Source of the DNA: Chiloscyllium plagiosum | Taxonomy: Eukaryota | DNA: 64,000 nt | Assembly (NCBI RefSeq): GCF_004010195.1 | Contig: NC_057718.1 | Coordinates: forward strand, 71,085,790-71,149,789 | Reading direction: 5' to 3' | Part shown: piece after piece, positions 1 through 12,839 of the stretch | Layout: each line of letters starts with the position of its first letter | Numbering within the stretch: position 1 is the stretch's first letter | Program-made: the position numbers and the translations under genes | Notes under the pieces: model-generated | Told to the model about the DNA's origin: nothing | Database searches by the model: none | Seen by the model: only the letters and a program-made list of their open reading frames with translations

Positions 1-1135
1 TAGGTAGTAAAGGTGACATATGGGATTCTTTAGCAGTCGCTGCAAAGATTAAAAGAATGGGAACGGTCCGTTGGAGTTGTATAGCACTTTGGTTAGGCCA
101 CAAATGGAGTAGTGTGTGCAGTTCTGGTCACTGCACTATAGGAAGGATGTGATTACACTGGAGGGGACGCAGAGGAGATTCTCCGGATGTTCCCTGGGAT
201 GGATCAGTTTAGATATGGAAAGAGATTGATAAGCTCGAGTTGTTTCCTTTGGTGTAGAGAAGGGTAAGAAAGGATCTGAGTAAAGTGCAGAAGATTTGAG
301 GGCACGGACAGGGTGGATAGAAAACAGCAGTTCCCTTTAGTTGAAGGGTCAATAACAAAGGGCAAAATATTAAGGTGAAAGGCAGAAAGTTTAGAACATA
401 GAACAATACAGCGTAGAACAGGCCCTTCAATGTTGTGCCAACCTGTGAACTATTCTAAGCTCATCCCCCTACACTATCCCACCATCATCCATGTGCTTAT
501 ACAAGGATTGTTTAAATCTTCCTAATGTGGCTGAGTTAACTACATTGGCAGGTAGGGCATTGCACACACTTACCGTTCTCGAGTCAAGAACCTGCCTCCG
601 TCATCTGACTTAAACCTATCACCTCTCAATTTGCAGTTTTGCCCCCTAGTACAAGTTGACGTAATCATCCACGGAAAAAGACTTTTACTGTCAACCCTAT
701 CTAATCCTCTGATCATCTTCTATGTCTCTACCAAATCCCCTCCTAGTCTTTTTATTTCCAATGAGAACAGACCCAAGTCTCTCAGCCTTTCCTCATAAGA
801 GTTTCCAACCAGACCAGGTAACATCCTGGTAAATCTCCTCTGCACCTTTTTCAATGCTTCCACAACCTTCCTGTAATAGTCCAACCAGAACTGCACACGA
901 TACTAAAGGGATTTGAGGATTTTTTCCCACCTAGAGGATGGTGTGAATCTGGAATGAACTTCACTGGAGTGATGTGGGAAACTTCATGACCTTTGAAAAG
1001 TGCTTGGATGAGCACTTGAAATGTCATAAGACTATGGGCCAGGCTCTGAAAAGTGGGACTAAAGCAGATTTAGAGTAGTTTTTTTTTATCCGTGCTGATT
1101 TAATGGGCTTACTACTGTACTGTATGATTCTATGA
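1..1135 (+). mobile_element. Decayed CR1 LINE 3' part, interrupted by a minus-strand CR1 3' fragment (~392-903)
   Basis: YCVQFWS-like coding remnant and ..tgattctatga tail. The nested piece starts with a tagaacatagaac tail. Confidence 0.8.
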
Positions 1136-1760
1136 TGCAAAACTGGTCTTCTATTGATAGTTGACAAAAGCAGTTCACTGGCACTAAAATTTTAGCCCAA
1201 ACAGCTATGGTGCCAGCTTTGTGATATCAATGCCATTCTGCAAAGACTAAAACAGATGTTATACAACATCATATCTACAGAATATAATCACTCTACCATT
1301 CATGTATGAAAGTTTCATCGTATGAAATATAGATTGAAAATGAAAATTTGATAAAATTCCAACTTTAGCAGCTTGAAATTAGCCTTTTTTATTCCCAAAT
1401 AGTGCTCAGACAATTTCTTGTCAACTTTCAGAGATTGCAAGTGTGGAGACACTGATCAGTGGACATTTCCATTGCATCATTCCCAGATAATTGAAAAATG
1501 TGACTGCAGGACCCAAGTTCATCAGTTTGTAAACCGATGTGCCTTTAATTCTGCCCTGGCAAACTCAACCTAAAATTACAAAAGCAATTTTAATACATCT
1601 AGTGAATAGGTAGGTTTTAAATTGTATTACTCAATATAAAACTTACTAACATTTATTATTATAAAGTATACTCTGTGATAGTCACAATGTATTATAATCA
1701 TATTACTATAATGTGATCAGCATTACATTTCTGAGCTTTTAAGAACCCAGAATGTGTCAC

Positions 1761-1818
1761 CTGGAAGTTGCTTGTGTCCACTCTGTACTGATATGATGGG
1801 TCGTGTAATTCGTTAACT
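1761..1818 (-). CDS. TMEM181: TMEM181 internal coding exon (last in window, 58 bp)
   Basis: Acceptor ctcctttttcag, donor CAG|gtgaca. Encodes (T)VNELHDPSYQYRVDTSNFQ (human TVNELHDPMYQYRVDTGNFQ). Confidence 0.95.
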
Positions 1819-2739
1819 CTGAAAAAGGAGAATTTAAAATAAGCGAAAAAAGCTGAAAGTATTGGAAATAAAAATGAACCAAAAAAACTTTAAGGAGGCC
1901 AGCATCTCGAAACAGAAAAGATGAGTCTAATAACTTGGATATATAAGTTCCATCAACATTCTGATGTTGATTATTTCAAAAGAAATAGAGTTAATTCTAA
2001 TTGCTAACATCCTGCACTTGAAGGCTGCATTGTACACTGAGGCACTTCTGAAATAAAATTACTTGAATTTTTGTCCTCCATTAATCTTCCATTTTCCAAT
2101 ATAGACTGTGGATAGGATCCTTTATTATGCAACAAAGGATATGTACCTCAAAGGCCAGCAGTCTTAAAATAAACAAATATTTATATGAATCCATGCTGTA
2201 ACAATTAATCTCACAACACTATTTTATACCTGTAGGAATAGGATGAAGCACATGTTGATTTTGCACATGTCTAAGAGGAATAGGATGAATACGAAGACAG
2301 GTTAATGTGTGGATGTAAACAGAAACTTCAGTGATTAAAGTATATGAACATTGAATGATGACATTTAATAGCCATGTGGGAACATGATGCAGAAGCAACA
2401 ATGGAAAAAAGGTTTAAAAATTATGGCAAGTGGGCATTTCATATTCAAGGCTACAAACTCTTCAGAACTGATACGAAAAGAAATAGGGAACTAGAGAGGC
2501 AGTAATGATTACAGAAGGTTTTGCAATGTTGGAAGGAGAGAACATCCTTCAAGAGCAAGGACATGAGCCATTTGTTAGAATCAAGAAGTAAAAATGATTT
2601 GATCCTGCTACTGGGGGAGTATTCTACAAGTTTTTAAAATAGTGTGAGTAAGCAAAAGAGAAGCAAATTTCTTAATAAATTGGTGAACTGTTTTATGAGG
2701 CGAGACTAAGGAATCTGGGCCTGTAGCCTCTAGAGTCAC

Positions 2740-3830
2740 AGAATCCTATAGCATAGAGACAGGCCCTTTGGCCCAAACTGGCCCATGCCAACCAAAATAT
2801 CCATTCATGCTAACCCCATTTGGCTCATATCCTTCTAATCCTTTCCTATCCATGTATTTGTCCAAATGCCTTTTAAATGTTGTTAATGTATCTGCATCAA
2901 CCACTTCTGCTGGCAGTTCATTCCATATGTATATCACTCTCTTTGTAAAAAAAGGTTGCCCCTCAGGTTCCCTTTTATTCTCTTCCTTCTAATGATGCCC
3001 TCTAGTCCTTGATTCCCCTGGGAAGAAAGACTGAATGCTTTCACCCTATCCATGTCTGCCATGACCTTACACACCTCTATAAGGTTCCCCCCTCAGTCTC
3101 CTACACTCCAAAGAAAAAAGTCCTAGCTTGTCCAACCTCTCCCTCTAACTCAGCCCATTGAGTCCAGGCAACATTTTGTAAATGTCTTCTGCACTCTTTC
3201 TAGTTTAATAACCCTTCCTATAGCAAGATGACCAAAACTAAACAATACTCCGAGTGCAGTCTCACCAACGTCCTGTATAACTGCAACATTACTTCCCAAC
3301 CTTTATGCTCAATGCTCTGACTGATGAAGGCCAATGTGCCAAAGGCCTTCTTTACTGCCCTGCCTACCTGTGACTCCACTTTCAGAGAACTGTGAACCTG
3401 AACTCCAAGATCCCCAAGTTTCACTCCACTCCCCTACCATTCACCATAAAAATCATACCTTGATTTGACTTTCAATGCAAAACTTCATATTTGTCTATTA
3501 ACTCCATTTGTCATTTCTCGGCTGACTTCCCCAGTTGATCAAGGTTCTACTCCAATTTCTGAATTTCTTCCCTACTGTCCACAATACCTCCTTCTTTAGT
3601 GTCATCTGCAAACTTACTAATCATGCCTGGTACTTTCTCATCCAAATCATTGATATAGATAACAAACAGAAATGGGCCCAACACCAACCCAAGGCACACC
3701 ACTATAATGTCCAACAGACATCCTTCCAACCATTATCCTCTCCTTCCTACCAACAACCAATTTTGTATCCAACTTCCCAGCTCACCCTGGATTCCATGTG
3801 ATCTAACCTTCCATAGCAGCTTACCATGTG
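2740..3830 (-). mobile_element. CR1 LINE ORF2 3' fragment
   Basis: ORF pieces [33 protein letters not shown] and WNELPAEVV. Confidence 0.9.
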
Positions 3831-4368
3831 GCATAATCAGCCTTGAGTAATCTCATTGAAACTTAGAAAATTTTGACATGTGATGGGTGGAAATAGATAG
3901 GATGCTTTTCTCTGCTGATGACTCCAGAACCAGGAGACATAATCTCAAAATAAGACTGTGATGAAGAGCAATGTCTTCACTCAGAGGCTGGTGAAGCTTT
4001 GAAATTCCCTACCTCAGAGGCTGTAAGAAGTTCAATCATTGGGATATCTGCAAAGAATGTGTATTTACATACCAGAAATGAAAGACATTTGTTCAGCTTT
4101 CGGCACCCAAAATTCAAGACAAGCTTGAGTCAATGTAGAGTAATCGGGTAGGATGAATAGGTTTGGGTGGGATACTCTTCAGAGTGTTGGTGTGGACTTG
4201 TTGGGCCAAAGGGCCTGTATCCACACTGTAGGTATTCTATTCAAGTATTCATCAGTGTTGCTCTAAGCTGATGATGCTACACTAACATTCCACGCCTTCA
4301 ATGACAAATGGAAAGACTACCGACTTGCATGCCTATAAAGAGTTTACTTGACCATCAGAATCAGAAAC

Positions 4369-4995
4369 TGGAGAAAGTGAAGACTGCAGAGGCTGGAGAG
4401 TCAGAGTCGAAAAGTGGGGCACTGGGAAAAGCACAGCAGGTCAGGCAGCAGGAGAGTAAATGTTTTGTGCATAAGCCTATCACCAGGAACGTTGGGGGGG
4501 CTGAGAGATAAATAGGGTTTAGGGATAGGGCTGGGGGTGGTAAGGTAACTGAAATTAGGCAGATGCAGGTGGCAGCTGATTGTGATAGGTCGATGGGGAG
4601 GGTGGAATAGACAGGTGGAAAGGAAGACAGAAAGATAGGTCAGGTCAAGAGGGCAGAGCTGAGTTGGATTTGGGATGAGGCAGTGGGTGGGGAGATTTGT
4701 AAACTGAAGTCAATGTTGATGCTGTGTGGTTGTCAGATCCTGAGACGGAAGATGAGGCTTTCTTTCTCCAGGTGGTTTTGATTTGGTGGTGGAGGGGGGC
4801 CAGGATTTGCATATCTGTGGAGGAGTGTGATAAGGAGTTGAAGTGGTTGGCCACAAGGCAGTGGGGTTGTTTGGTGTGTGCGGAGTAGAGGTGTTCCCTG
4901 AACTGCACTTACCTTTCCGCCTCAGTCCCAGCTATCGTCACCCTAGCCCTAGCCCTAGCCCTAGCCCCACCCTCACCCCCACCCCCTTATTTATC
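4369..4995 (-). mobile_element. Penelope-like element 3' fragment (GIY-YIG C-terminal region plus terminus)
   Basis: QFREHLYSAHTKQPHCLVANHFNSLSHSSTDMQIL. Carries the same ggagaaagtga..ctgcaga.gctggaga terminus as the other PLE copies. Confidence 0.75.
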
Positions 4996-5267
4996 CATCA
5001 AAATCAGACAGACAAGTGTCATGGTCTCGGTTATTGCCATATCATATCTATCAGATTGACAATGTGATGCAGGCAGTCATTTTATGGCTTCACATTTCTA
5101 TGCTCTATAATTATTGGCTATCATTCACTTAATGGTGATAGCACCATAAGCACTGCAGAGTTCAAACTATGTAAGCTGTGTAAAACCAAAATCATGTAAC
5201 ACCCTTAATTTGCCAATTAACTTCAGTTTGTTTCAGGGTCCTAAAGAAAAACGTAGCTGCTACTTAC

Positions 5268-5359
5268 GTCTGCCAAATCCCAAGCGTCACTGCAGCCAAC
5301 CAAAGGAGACCGACAATAAACAGTTTAGGCAAATAGAAAGTCATGAACTTTCTCTCTCC
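5268..5359 (-). CDS. TMEM181: TMEM181 internal coding exon (92 bp)
   Basis: Acceptor tttcttttttag, donor gtaagt. Encodes GERKFMTFYLPKLFIVGLLWLAAVTLGIWQ+AC (human GERKCLTFYLPKFFIVGLLWLASVTLGIWQT). Confidence 0.97.
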
Positions 5360-6113
5360 CTAAAAAAGAAATTAAAAGAAGTACACAATTAGATTTTTAT
5401 AAATCCATTAACATTAAAAGTGACAATCAGAAATGTACTCCCTACTGGATATTATGATCCTTCCAACTTCACGACATTTTCTGGTTCTGCAATTGCCTCA
5501 ACATCTCCTGGAACTTCACATCTACAAACGTATTTCCATTAACGCATCCTGCAATACTATCTCAGATTTCTGAGCTAACATCACTACTAGATGAACTTTA
5601 GGTTCCTTCCTATGATCTTATTTTTGTTCCCCCTATTTGTTATCATGTTTTACATTATCCAGTTTTTTATGTAACTAGATCTTGAATCTATTTGTGCACA
5701 TATTTTGGCTGCTACTTCAGACCAGAGTTCATCAATCTATTTTCATTTATGTTCTTACTTTTTAAACTTATTTTCTCTTTCTCTCTTCTAGACTCTTTTC
5801 TACTGTCATACTTCCTTCCACGTCTCTACTCTCCAGTACTCTATCATCCCAATTCCCTACTCCTGAATACTTCTGTATTTCTCAACCTGTCTGCGCTTTT
5901 GCCATTGTCCTAAGTGTTATTCCGTATTAGGGAAGTCGACAACTTCATTTTGTGCCTATGTTGGCATCCTCTCACAGATTCAGGGGGCACCCAGCACTCT
6001 TTTCTTATGAAGAAATGCTCCACCCACCTCTACATTCTGTCTAGTACACCCACTGCAAGCTCATCTTGCCAATCGTCTTCTTGATCAATTCACACTTCCC
6101 ACTGCTGGCCCTG

Positions 6114-6352
6114 TGAATCACCGAATCCCTACAGTGAGGCAGCAGGCCGTTTGGCGCACAGTCCACTCCAACCCTCCGAAGAGGATCCCACCAAAACCCA
6201 GCACCCAACCCTATCCCTGTAACCCTGCATTTCCTAACCTACATATCCGTGGATACTATGGGAAATTTAGCATGGCCAATCCATCCAACCTGCCCATCTT
6301 TGGGCTGAGGGAGGAAACGGGAGCACTTGGAGGAAACCCACACAGACATGGG
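6114..6352 (-). mobile_element. HE1/V-SINE-type SINE fragment
   Basis: Has the core aatttagcatggccaatcca..acctg..catctttgg shared by the other SINE copies in the window. Confidence 0.8.
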
Positions 6353-6354
6353 TG

Positions 6355-6692
6355 ACTCCGTCACCATGTCCTCTCTCCCCTCCCCTCACCCCAATAAGAA
6401 TGTCTGCTCTGTCAAGTCTGGCAGGTAGCCACACTATTGTTCTGCCATTGTCACATTCTAATCACTTAATCTGAACTATCAACATGTTCCCTCCACCAGC
6501 ACTCTACACCTTACCATCTCCATACACACCCAAATTATAGCAAAACTGCTGTCCCCTCTAACTTCAGCTCTGATGAAGAGTCATCTAGACTTGAAATGTC
6601 AACTTGCTCTCCCTCCATGAATACTGACCTGCTGCGATCATCAGCATTTGTTGTTTTCAGTACAGATTCCAGCATCTGCAGTAATTTGCTCC
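6355..6692 (+). mobile_element. Penelope-like 3' end with hammerhead-like motif (6570-6600)
   Basis: CTGATGA-a-gagtc-atcta-gactt-GAAA-tgtc, followed by the ctgacctgctg..tccagcatctgcag terminus. Confidence 0.7.
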
Positions 6693-6943
6693 AAATTTAC
6701 ATTCTTGGTAACTTCAGCCTTTACCTCACTCTTGCTCTATCTCCCTTGAGTTCTGTGCTCTCACATTGTTCTTTCATTTTGCCTGGATTGTAAACTCCCC
6801 AGCTCATATTCATATCACCCCTTTGATCATCTCATGTCATAGAATCATAAAGACGTACAGTACGGAGATAGACCCTTCCGTCTAATTTGTCCATGCCGAC
6901 CTTGTCCTAAATTACTGTATAGTCACATTTGGCCCATATCCCG

Positions 6944-7841
6944 TGTTGCGAAGTTGATGCGTAGAATTGTAAAATGGGGAAAGTGTGTGTGGCCCTTTTA
7001 AAAGACAATGTGTTTTTATGCTCTGAGATTTAAAAATGCATGTCTGTGGGCAGCAATTGAAGGTGCTAGAATTGAACATTTGTATAAAAAAGTCAGCTAG
7101 CAGGCCCATGCAATATTTTTACCAAGACAACAGTTATACATTCAGCCAATTAACTTGAAAGGGCACTTGGAGATTAAGGACCAATTTAATTTAAATCTGA
7201 TGGTGTTGACAACCTCACACCAATCCAATTGTAAAACCACTGATAGGTCATCAAGAGTATAAAAATGACAGGGCATTTGAAAATCTGGGAGAGTAAACTG
7301 CCATCTGTTAAGAGTTAAGAGCCTCAGCTCCTGAGAGAAATTGGCTTTCACTGACATCTACGTAATAGAAAAAGCACAACCTAAATAATCTAAATAACAT
7401 CAGTACCAAGTAGGTATTTCAGACAGAGAAAAATGACTGAGGAGGCATTTTAATAGAAGGCGACAGCGGAGAAGAGACAGAAAGGTCTGGAAAATGTGTA
7501 ACAATTTTGAGAGACTCAGTTCTATTGTTTTGATATATAAGTGGGACTTGAATTTTGTTCATTTAGGGAATAGTTAGCTGTGAGAGGGGAGTTATTCAGT
7601 TCGTTAGTGATTCTGTTGATTTGTTCATTGTTGGAGTTAGATAAATAAATTATTACTTTTTGATTATGCAGTGAGTGAAAGGATTTCATTTCATTTAACC
7701 ACTCCTTTATAACAGATTGGGGATGAGATGTGCGCTACATCCCTTATCACACTTTTTAAAAACAGATTATGAGGTAAGGTGTGCCTCTCTAGGTATTTCA
7801 GTGTTAATTATCAGAATGAGGTCGGCCTCCTCTTTATAATA
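6944..7841 (+). repeat. 5' LTR of Gmr1-like element
   Basis: Starts TGTTG and is colinear with 16117-17023. Contains tataaaa and aataaa motifs. Confidence 0.9.
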
Positions 7842-7845
7842 GATT

Positions 7846-7864
7846 TGGGGCTTGGGTCCAGGAT
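7846..7864 (+). promoter_or_regulatory. Degenerate tRNA-Pro primer-binding site
   Basis: tggggcttgggtccaggat directly after the 5' LTR resembles PBS-Pro TGGGGGCTCGTCCGGGAT. Confidence 0.65.
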
Positions 7865-8035
7865 CTGGACAGATCCGGGTCTAAAAGTCCCAGCAGATTT
7901 AAACAGACTTGGAGACTACTTTCTAGATCTTTAAACAAAGCTTAGATGAAAAGTGTTAAATTTATTTAATTTCAGTTAATTGTGGGTGGTTGTTTAAATC
8001 ATACATGGGGGAAATGGCTCTTAACATTGCTAAAG

Positions 8036-11000
8036 TTCTGTGCACTGGATTGGTAAGGTAACTAGTTTTTTTTACTTTTTATTTTTTTAATGGTCTCTGT
8101 GGGAATTTAGAATAGTGGGAATGGAGTTAGAGCAGTTGAATGTTCCTCCTGCAAAATGTAGGAGGCAAGGGTAACCACGAGTGACCCTGCTGACTTTATC
8201 TGCCGGAAGTGCACCCTAACCTGCTGGAGGTGGAGGAGGTTTATTGAGAGGAGTTATAGGGAGGTAGTCACAGGTGCAAGAAAAAGGTTGACAATCAGGG
8301 GATGGAAATGGAACCAGCAGACAGTGCAGGGAACCCCTGTGGTCATTCCCCTCAATAAGAAGTATATCATTTTGGATACTGTTGGATGGGGGGGAAACGA
8401 CTTACCGGGGGTAAGCCATGGGGTACAGGTCTCTGGCACAGTGTCTGTCCCTGTTGCTCAGAAGGGAAGTGGGGAGAGAAGCAGAGCATTATTCACTGGG
8501 GACTCCACAGTTGGGGGGGAACAGATAGGAGATTCTGTGGGAACAAGAGAGACTCACAGTTGGTGTGTCACCACCTAGCTGCCAGGGTTCGTGATGTCTT
8601 GGATTGTGTTTTCAGGATCCTTGAGGGAGAGGGGGAGTAGCCCCAAGTCGTGGTCCACATAGACACTAAGGGCATAGGTAGGAAAAGGGATGGGGATTTC
8701 TGGCAGAAATTCAGGAAGCCAGAGTGGAAGCTTAAAGATAGAACAGAGTTGTTATCTCTGATTTGTTGCCTATGCCACGAACTAGCGAGGCTAGGAATAG
8801 GGATAGAAAGCAGTTGAACACGTGGCCGCAGGGATGATACAGGGATAATTGGGGCTCATCCTGGGGTAGGTGGGACTTCTACAAACAGGATGGTCTACAC
8901 CTGAACCAGAGGGGTACCAACATCCTAGGGGCGAACGTTGATAATGCTCTTCAGGAGGGTTTAAACTAATTCAGCAGGGGGATGGGAACCTAAATCGTAG
9001 TTCCAATGTTCAGCAGTTTGAGAGCAGTGAGGTCAAAAATAAGATTTCAAGGTCACAAAAGTGCACCAGCAAGCAGGAAGATGGTTTGAAGTTCATCAAC
9101 TTCAATGCTAGGAGCATCCGGAATAATTTGGATGAACTTGCAGCATGGGTTGGTATCTGGGACTTCAATGTTGTGGCCTTTTCAGAGACATGGATAGAGC
9201 AGGGACAGGAATGGCTGATGCAGGTTTTGGGACCTAGATGTTTCAGTAACAACAGTAACAATGGTGTGGCTTAGTTAGTCAAGGACAATTTTACGGTGGC
9301 AGAAAGGACGTTTGAGGTACGTCTACTCAGGTAGTATAAGCTGAGGTTAGAAACAGGAAAGGACAGGCCACTCTGTTGGGAGTTTTGTATAGGCCTCCGA
9401 ATAGTTACAGAGATGGTAGTTGTTATGGGGGACTTTAACTTTCCAAACATTGATGGGAATACTGTTTATAGAGTATTTTAGATGGGTTCGTTTTTGTCCA
9501 ATGTGTGCAGGAGGGTTTCCTAACACAGTATGTAGGCAAGCCAGCAAGGGACAAGGCCACATTGGATTTGGTACTGAGTAATTGGTGTTAGATTTGGAGG
9601 TAGATGAGCACTTTGGTGATAGTAACCACAATTCGGTTATGTTTATTTTAGCACTAGAAAGGGATAGGTATACACCACAGGGCAAGAGTTATTGCTGGTG
9701 GAAAGACAATTATGATGCAATTGGGCAAGATTTAGGAGGCACACGAGGGGGAAGGAAATTGCAGGTGATGGGCACAATTGAAATGTGGAGCTTATTCAAG
9801 GAACAGCTACTGCATGTCCTTGATAAGTATGTACCTGTCAGACAGGAAAGAAGAGGTCGAGCGAAGGAGCGATGGTTTACTAAAGAAGTTGAATTTCTTG
9901 TCAAGACGAAGAAGAAAGCTTATGTTAGGATGAGACATGAAGGCTCAGTTAGGCAATTGAGAGTTACAAATTAGCCAGGAAAGACCGAAAGAGAAAGCTA
10001 AGAAGATCCATGAGAAGTCCTTGGCAGATAGGATCAAGGAAAACCCTAAAGCTTTCTATAGGTATGTCAGGAATAAAAGAATGACAAGAGTAAGATTAGG
10101 GTCAATCAAGTACAGTAGTGGGAAGTTGTGCGTGGAGTCCGAGGAGATAGGAGAAAGAAGGCTAAATGAATATTTTTCGTGAGTATTCACACTTGAAAAA
10201 TACAATGTTGTCGCGGAAAATACTGAGATACAGACTACTAGACTAAACAGGATTGAGGTTCACAAGGAAGAGGTGTTAGCAATTTTGGAAAGTGCGAAAA
10301 TACATAAGTCCTCTGGGCTAGATGGGAGTTACTCTTGGATTCTCTGGGAAGCCAGGAAGGAGATTGCAGAGCCTTTGACTTTGATCTTTATGTCATTGCC
10401 TACAGGAATAGTGCCAGAAGAATGGAGGACAGCAAGTGTTGCCCCCTTGTTCAAGAAGGGGAGTAGACAAGCGAGCCTTACTTTGGATGTGGGTAAAGTG
10501 TTAGTAAAGGTTATAAGAGATATGATTTGTAATCATCTAGAGAGGAGTAAGTTGATTAGGGATAGTCAATTTGCAGATGACACTAAGGTCAGCGGAGTTG
10601 TGGATAGTGCCGAAGGATTTTGCAGGTTACAAAGGGACACAGATAAATTGCAGAGCTGGGCTGAGAGGTGGTAAATAGAGTTTAGAACATAGAACATTAT
10701 AGTGCAGTATAGGCCCTTCGGCCCTCGGTGTTACACTGACCGGTGGAACCAATCTGAAGGAGAAAGTGAGGTCTGCAGATGCTGGAGATCAGAGCTCAAA
10801 AATGTGTTGCTGGAAAAGCGCAGCAGGTCAGGCAGCATCCAGGGAACAGGAGAATCGACGTTTCGGGCATAAGCCCGAAGAAGGGCTTATGCCCAAAACG
10901 TCGATTCTCCTGTTCCCTGGATGCTGCCTGACCTGCTGCGCTTTTCCAGCAACACATTTTCAGAACCAATCTGAAGCCCAGCTAACCTATGCTATTCCAT

Positions 11001-11659
11001 TTGCATCCAGATGTCATGGTAAGATTCTTGGTAGTATAGATGAGCAGAGAGATCTCGTTATCCAGGTACACATATCCCTGAAAGTTGCCACCCAGGTTGA
11101 TGGGGTTTGTTAAGAAGGCATACGGTGTGTTAGCTTTACTTGGTAGAGGGATTAAGTTTGAGAGCTGCAAGGTCATGTTATATCTGTACAAAATTCTGGT
11201 GCTGCCACGCTTGAAGTATTGTGTGCAGTTCTGGTCACCACATTATAGGAAAGATGTGGAAGGTTTGGAAAGGGTTCAGAGGAGATTTACTAGGAAGTTG
11301 CCTGGTATGGAGCAAAGGTCTAATGAGGAAAGGCTGAGGGACTTGAGGCTGTTTTCATTAGAGAGAAGGTTGAGAGGTGCCTTAATTGAGACATATAAGA
11401 TAATCGGAGGATTAGATAAGGTTAGATATAGGACAGATGTTAGAGCAGTTTCTTTACTCACGTGACATGGTAGGGGTGTGGCATGCCCCACCTGTAACAC
11501 TAGTAGACTCTCCAACTTTTAGGGTATTTAAATTATCATTGAATAAACATATGGATGAAAATGGAATAGTGTAGGATAGATGGGCTTCAGATTGGTTCCA
11601 CAGGTCGATGCAACATCAAGGGCCCAAGGGCCTGTACTGCGCTGGAATGTTCTATGTTA
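8036..11659 (+). mobile_element. Near full-length decayed CR1 LINE (ORF1 Zn-finger/esterase, ORF2 EN-RT) inserted in Gypsy gag
   Basis: ORF1 has CxxC..CxxC and a GDS esterase motif (ALFTGDST). ORF2 has FNARSIRN, FSETW, DSNHN and FADDTK. ttctatgtt tail; taaag on both sides (8031-8035 and 11660-11664). Internal deletions. Confidence 0.9.
10760..10962 (-). mobile_element. Fold-back Penelope-like mini-insertion 1
   Basis: Inverted arms of ~80 bp; 14-bp TSD gaaccaatctgaag (10746-10759 and 10963-10976). Confidence 0.9.
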
Positions 11660-12027
11660 TAAAGAGGTCCTAAATTTGCCAAGAAAGTTTAGAATAACAG
11701 AAGAAGGAGAAAATTCTGGAACTGGCAGACAGTCTAAAATTGGGTTTAACTAGAGATAATAGGAAAGCTAAAATTGTAACAGAATTCACCAAGCAGTTAG
11801 GTATATCAGAGAAACAGTCAAGTACAGTGGAGTAGAGGGAATTAAATTGCAAATGAGATAATTAGAGTCAGACGATTGAGATAGGAAAAGAAGGAAGCAG
11901 AGGAAAAAGTTAAAAAAGAAAGAGAGAAGAAGGGGAGAAAGAATTTGAACTTCAGAAGTTGGCAATTAGACAGGAAAGTCAATGTAACAGGATGGAGGGG
12001 AAGGTAGAAGGTAGGCTAAGTGAGGAG

Positions 12028-12572
12028 GATAAGAAACAAAAACTGCAGCTGCTGGAATCCAAAGTACTCAAACAGGAGGTTGGAAGAACACACAGCAAGC
12101 CAGGCAGCATTCGGGGTTGCACAAGTCAATGTTTCAAGTATAACCCTTCTACAGGACGGGATGCGGGGGTAGAGGGAGCTACAGATAAAGAGGTGGGATG
12201 GGATGGGGTGGGGAGAGGAGCAGGTAGTGAGTACAATCTAGTTAGTCGATGGTGTAAGACAAGGCGTAGGTCCATCACCTTCTGCCTGGGCAGCCTACAG
12301 CCCTGAGTACTTAACATTAAGTTCTCGAATTTCAAATAACCTTCCTAACCATCCCCCGGCTACCTTTCCAGTCCTTTCTCCTCCCTTCCATTCAACCTAC
12401 TGACCCTTCTTTCCAGCCACTGACCAGATTCATCCCTCCCATCAACCAACTAGGTCATACCCACTACCTGTGTTCACCTATCACTACCTCACCATTCTTT
12501 TGCTCTCCCCACCATACCCTGCAACCCCCTTTATCTGAATCACCCCCTACCCCTAGATCTAGTCCTGAAGAA
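12028..12572. mobile_element. Older Penelope-like insertion with inverted segments inside Gypsy gag
   Basis: PLE-type terminus aaactgcag.tgctggaat, a FCLGSLQP remnant, and an end at a cctgaagaa core. Confidence 0.65.
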
Positions 12573-12654
12573 ATTGGCTAAACAAATGAATTGGCCAGAG
12601 ACTGCATGGGTAATGTTAATTCAGACCAAGTTGGTAGGCAGGGCTAGTGAGGCA

Positions 12655-12839
12655 AGATTAGAGTGGTGCTGGAAAAGCACAGCAGGTCAACAGCATCTGA
12701 GGAGCAGGAAAATCAACCTATTGGGCAAAAGCCCTTCATCAGGATTCTTAATGAAGGGCTTTTGCCTGAAACATCGCTTTTCCAGCACCACTCTAATCTT
12801 GACTCTAATCTCCAGCATCTGCAGTACCCACTTCTTCCT
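12655..12839 (+). mobile_element. Fold-back Penelope-like mini-insertion 2 (related subfamily)
   Basis: Inverted arms agattagagtggtgctggaaaag / cttttccagcaccactctaatct; 15-bp TSD aggg(c/a)tagtgaggca (12640-12654 and 12840-12854). Confidence 0.85.

Noticed and set aside
4941..4964. (CCCTAG)4 telomere-like repeat
   Set aside because: Only four variant units inside a PLE C-rich tract; not evidence of an interstitial telomere.
5692..5913. Hydrophobic 73-aa ORF
   Set aside because: Pyrimidine-rich low-complexity intronic sequence with no recognisable homology or splice support.
10760..10962. pre-miRNA-like or MITE interpretation of the long hairpins
   Set aside because: The arms are PLE termini with 12-15 bp TSDs and copy-specific apices. 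This copy also lacks an intact hammerhead core on either strand.
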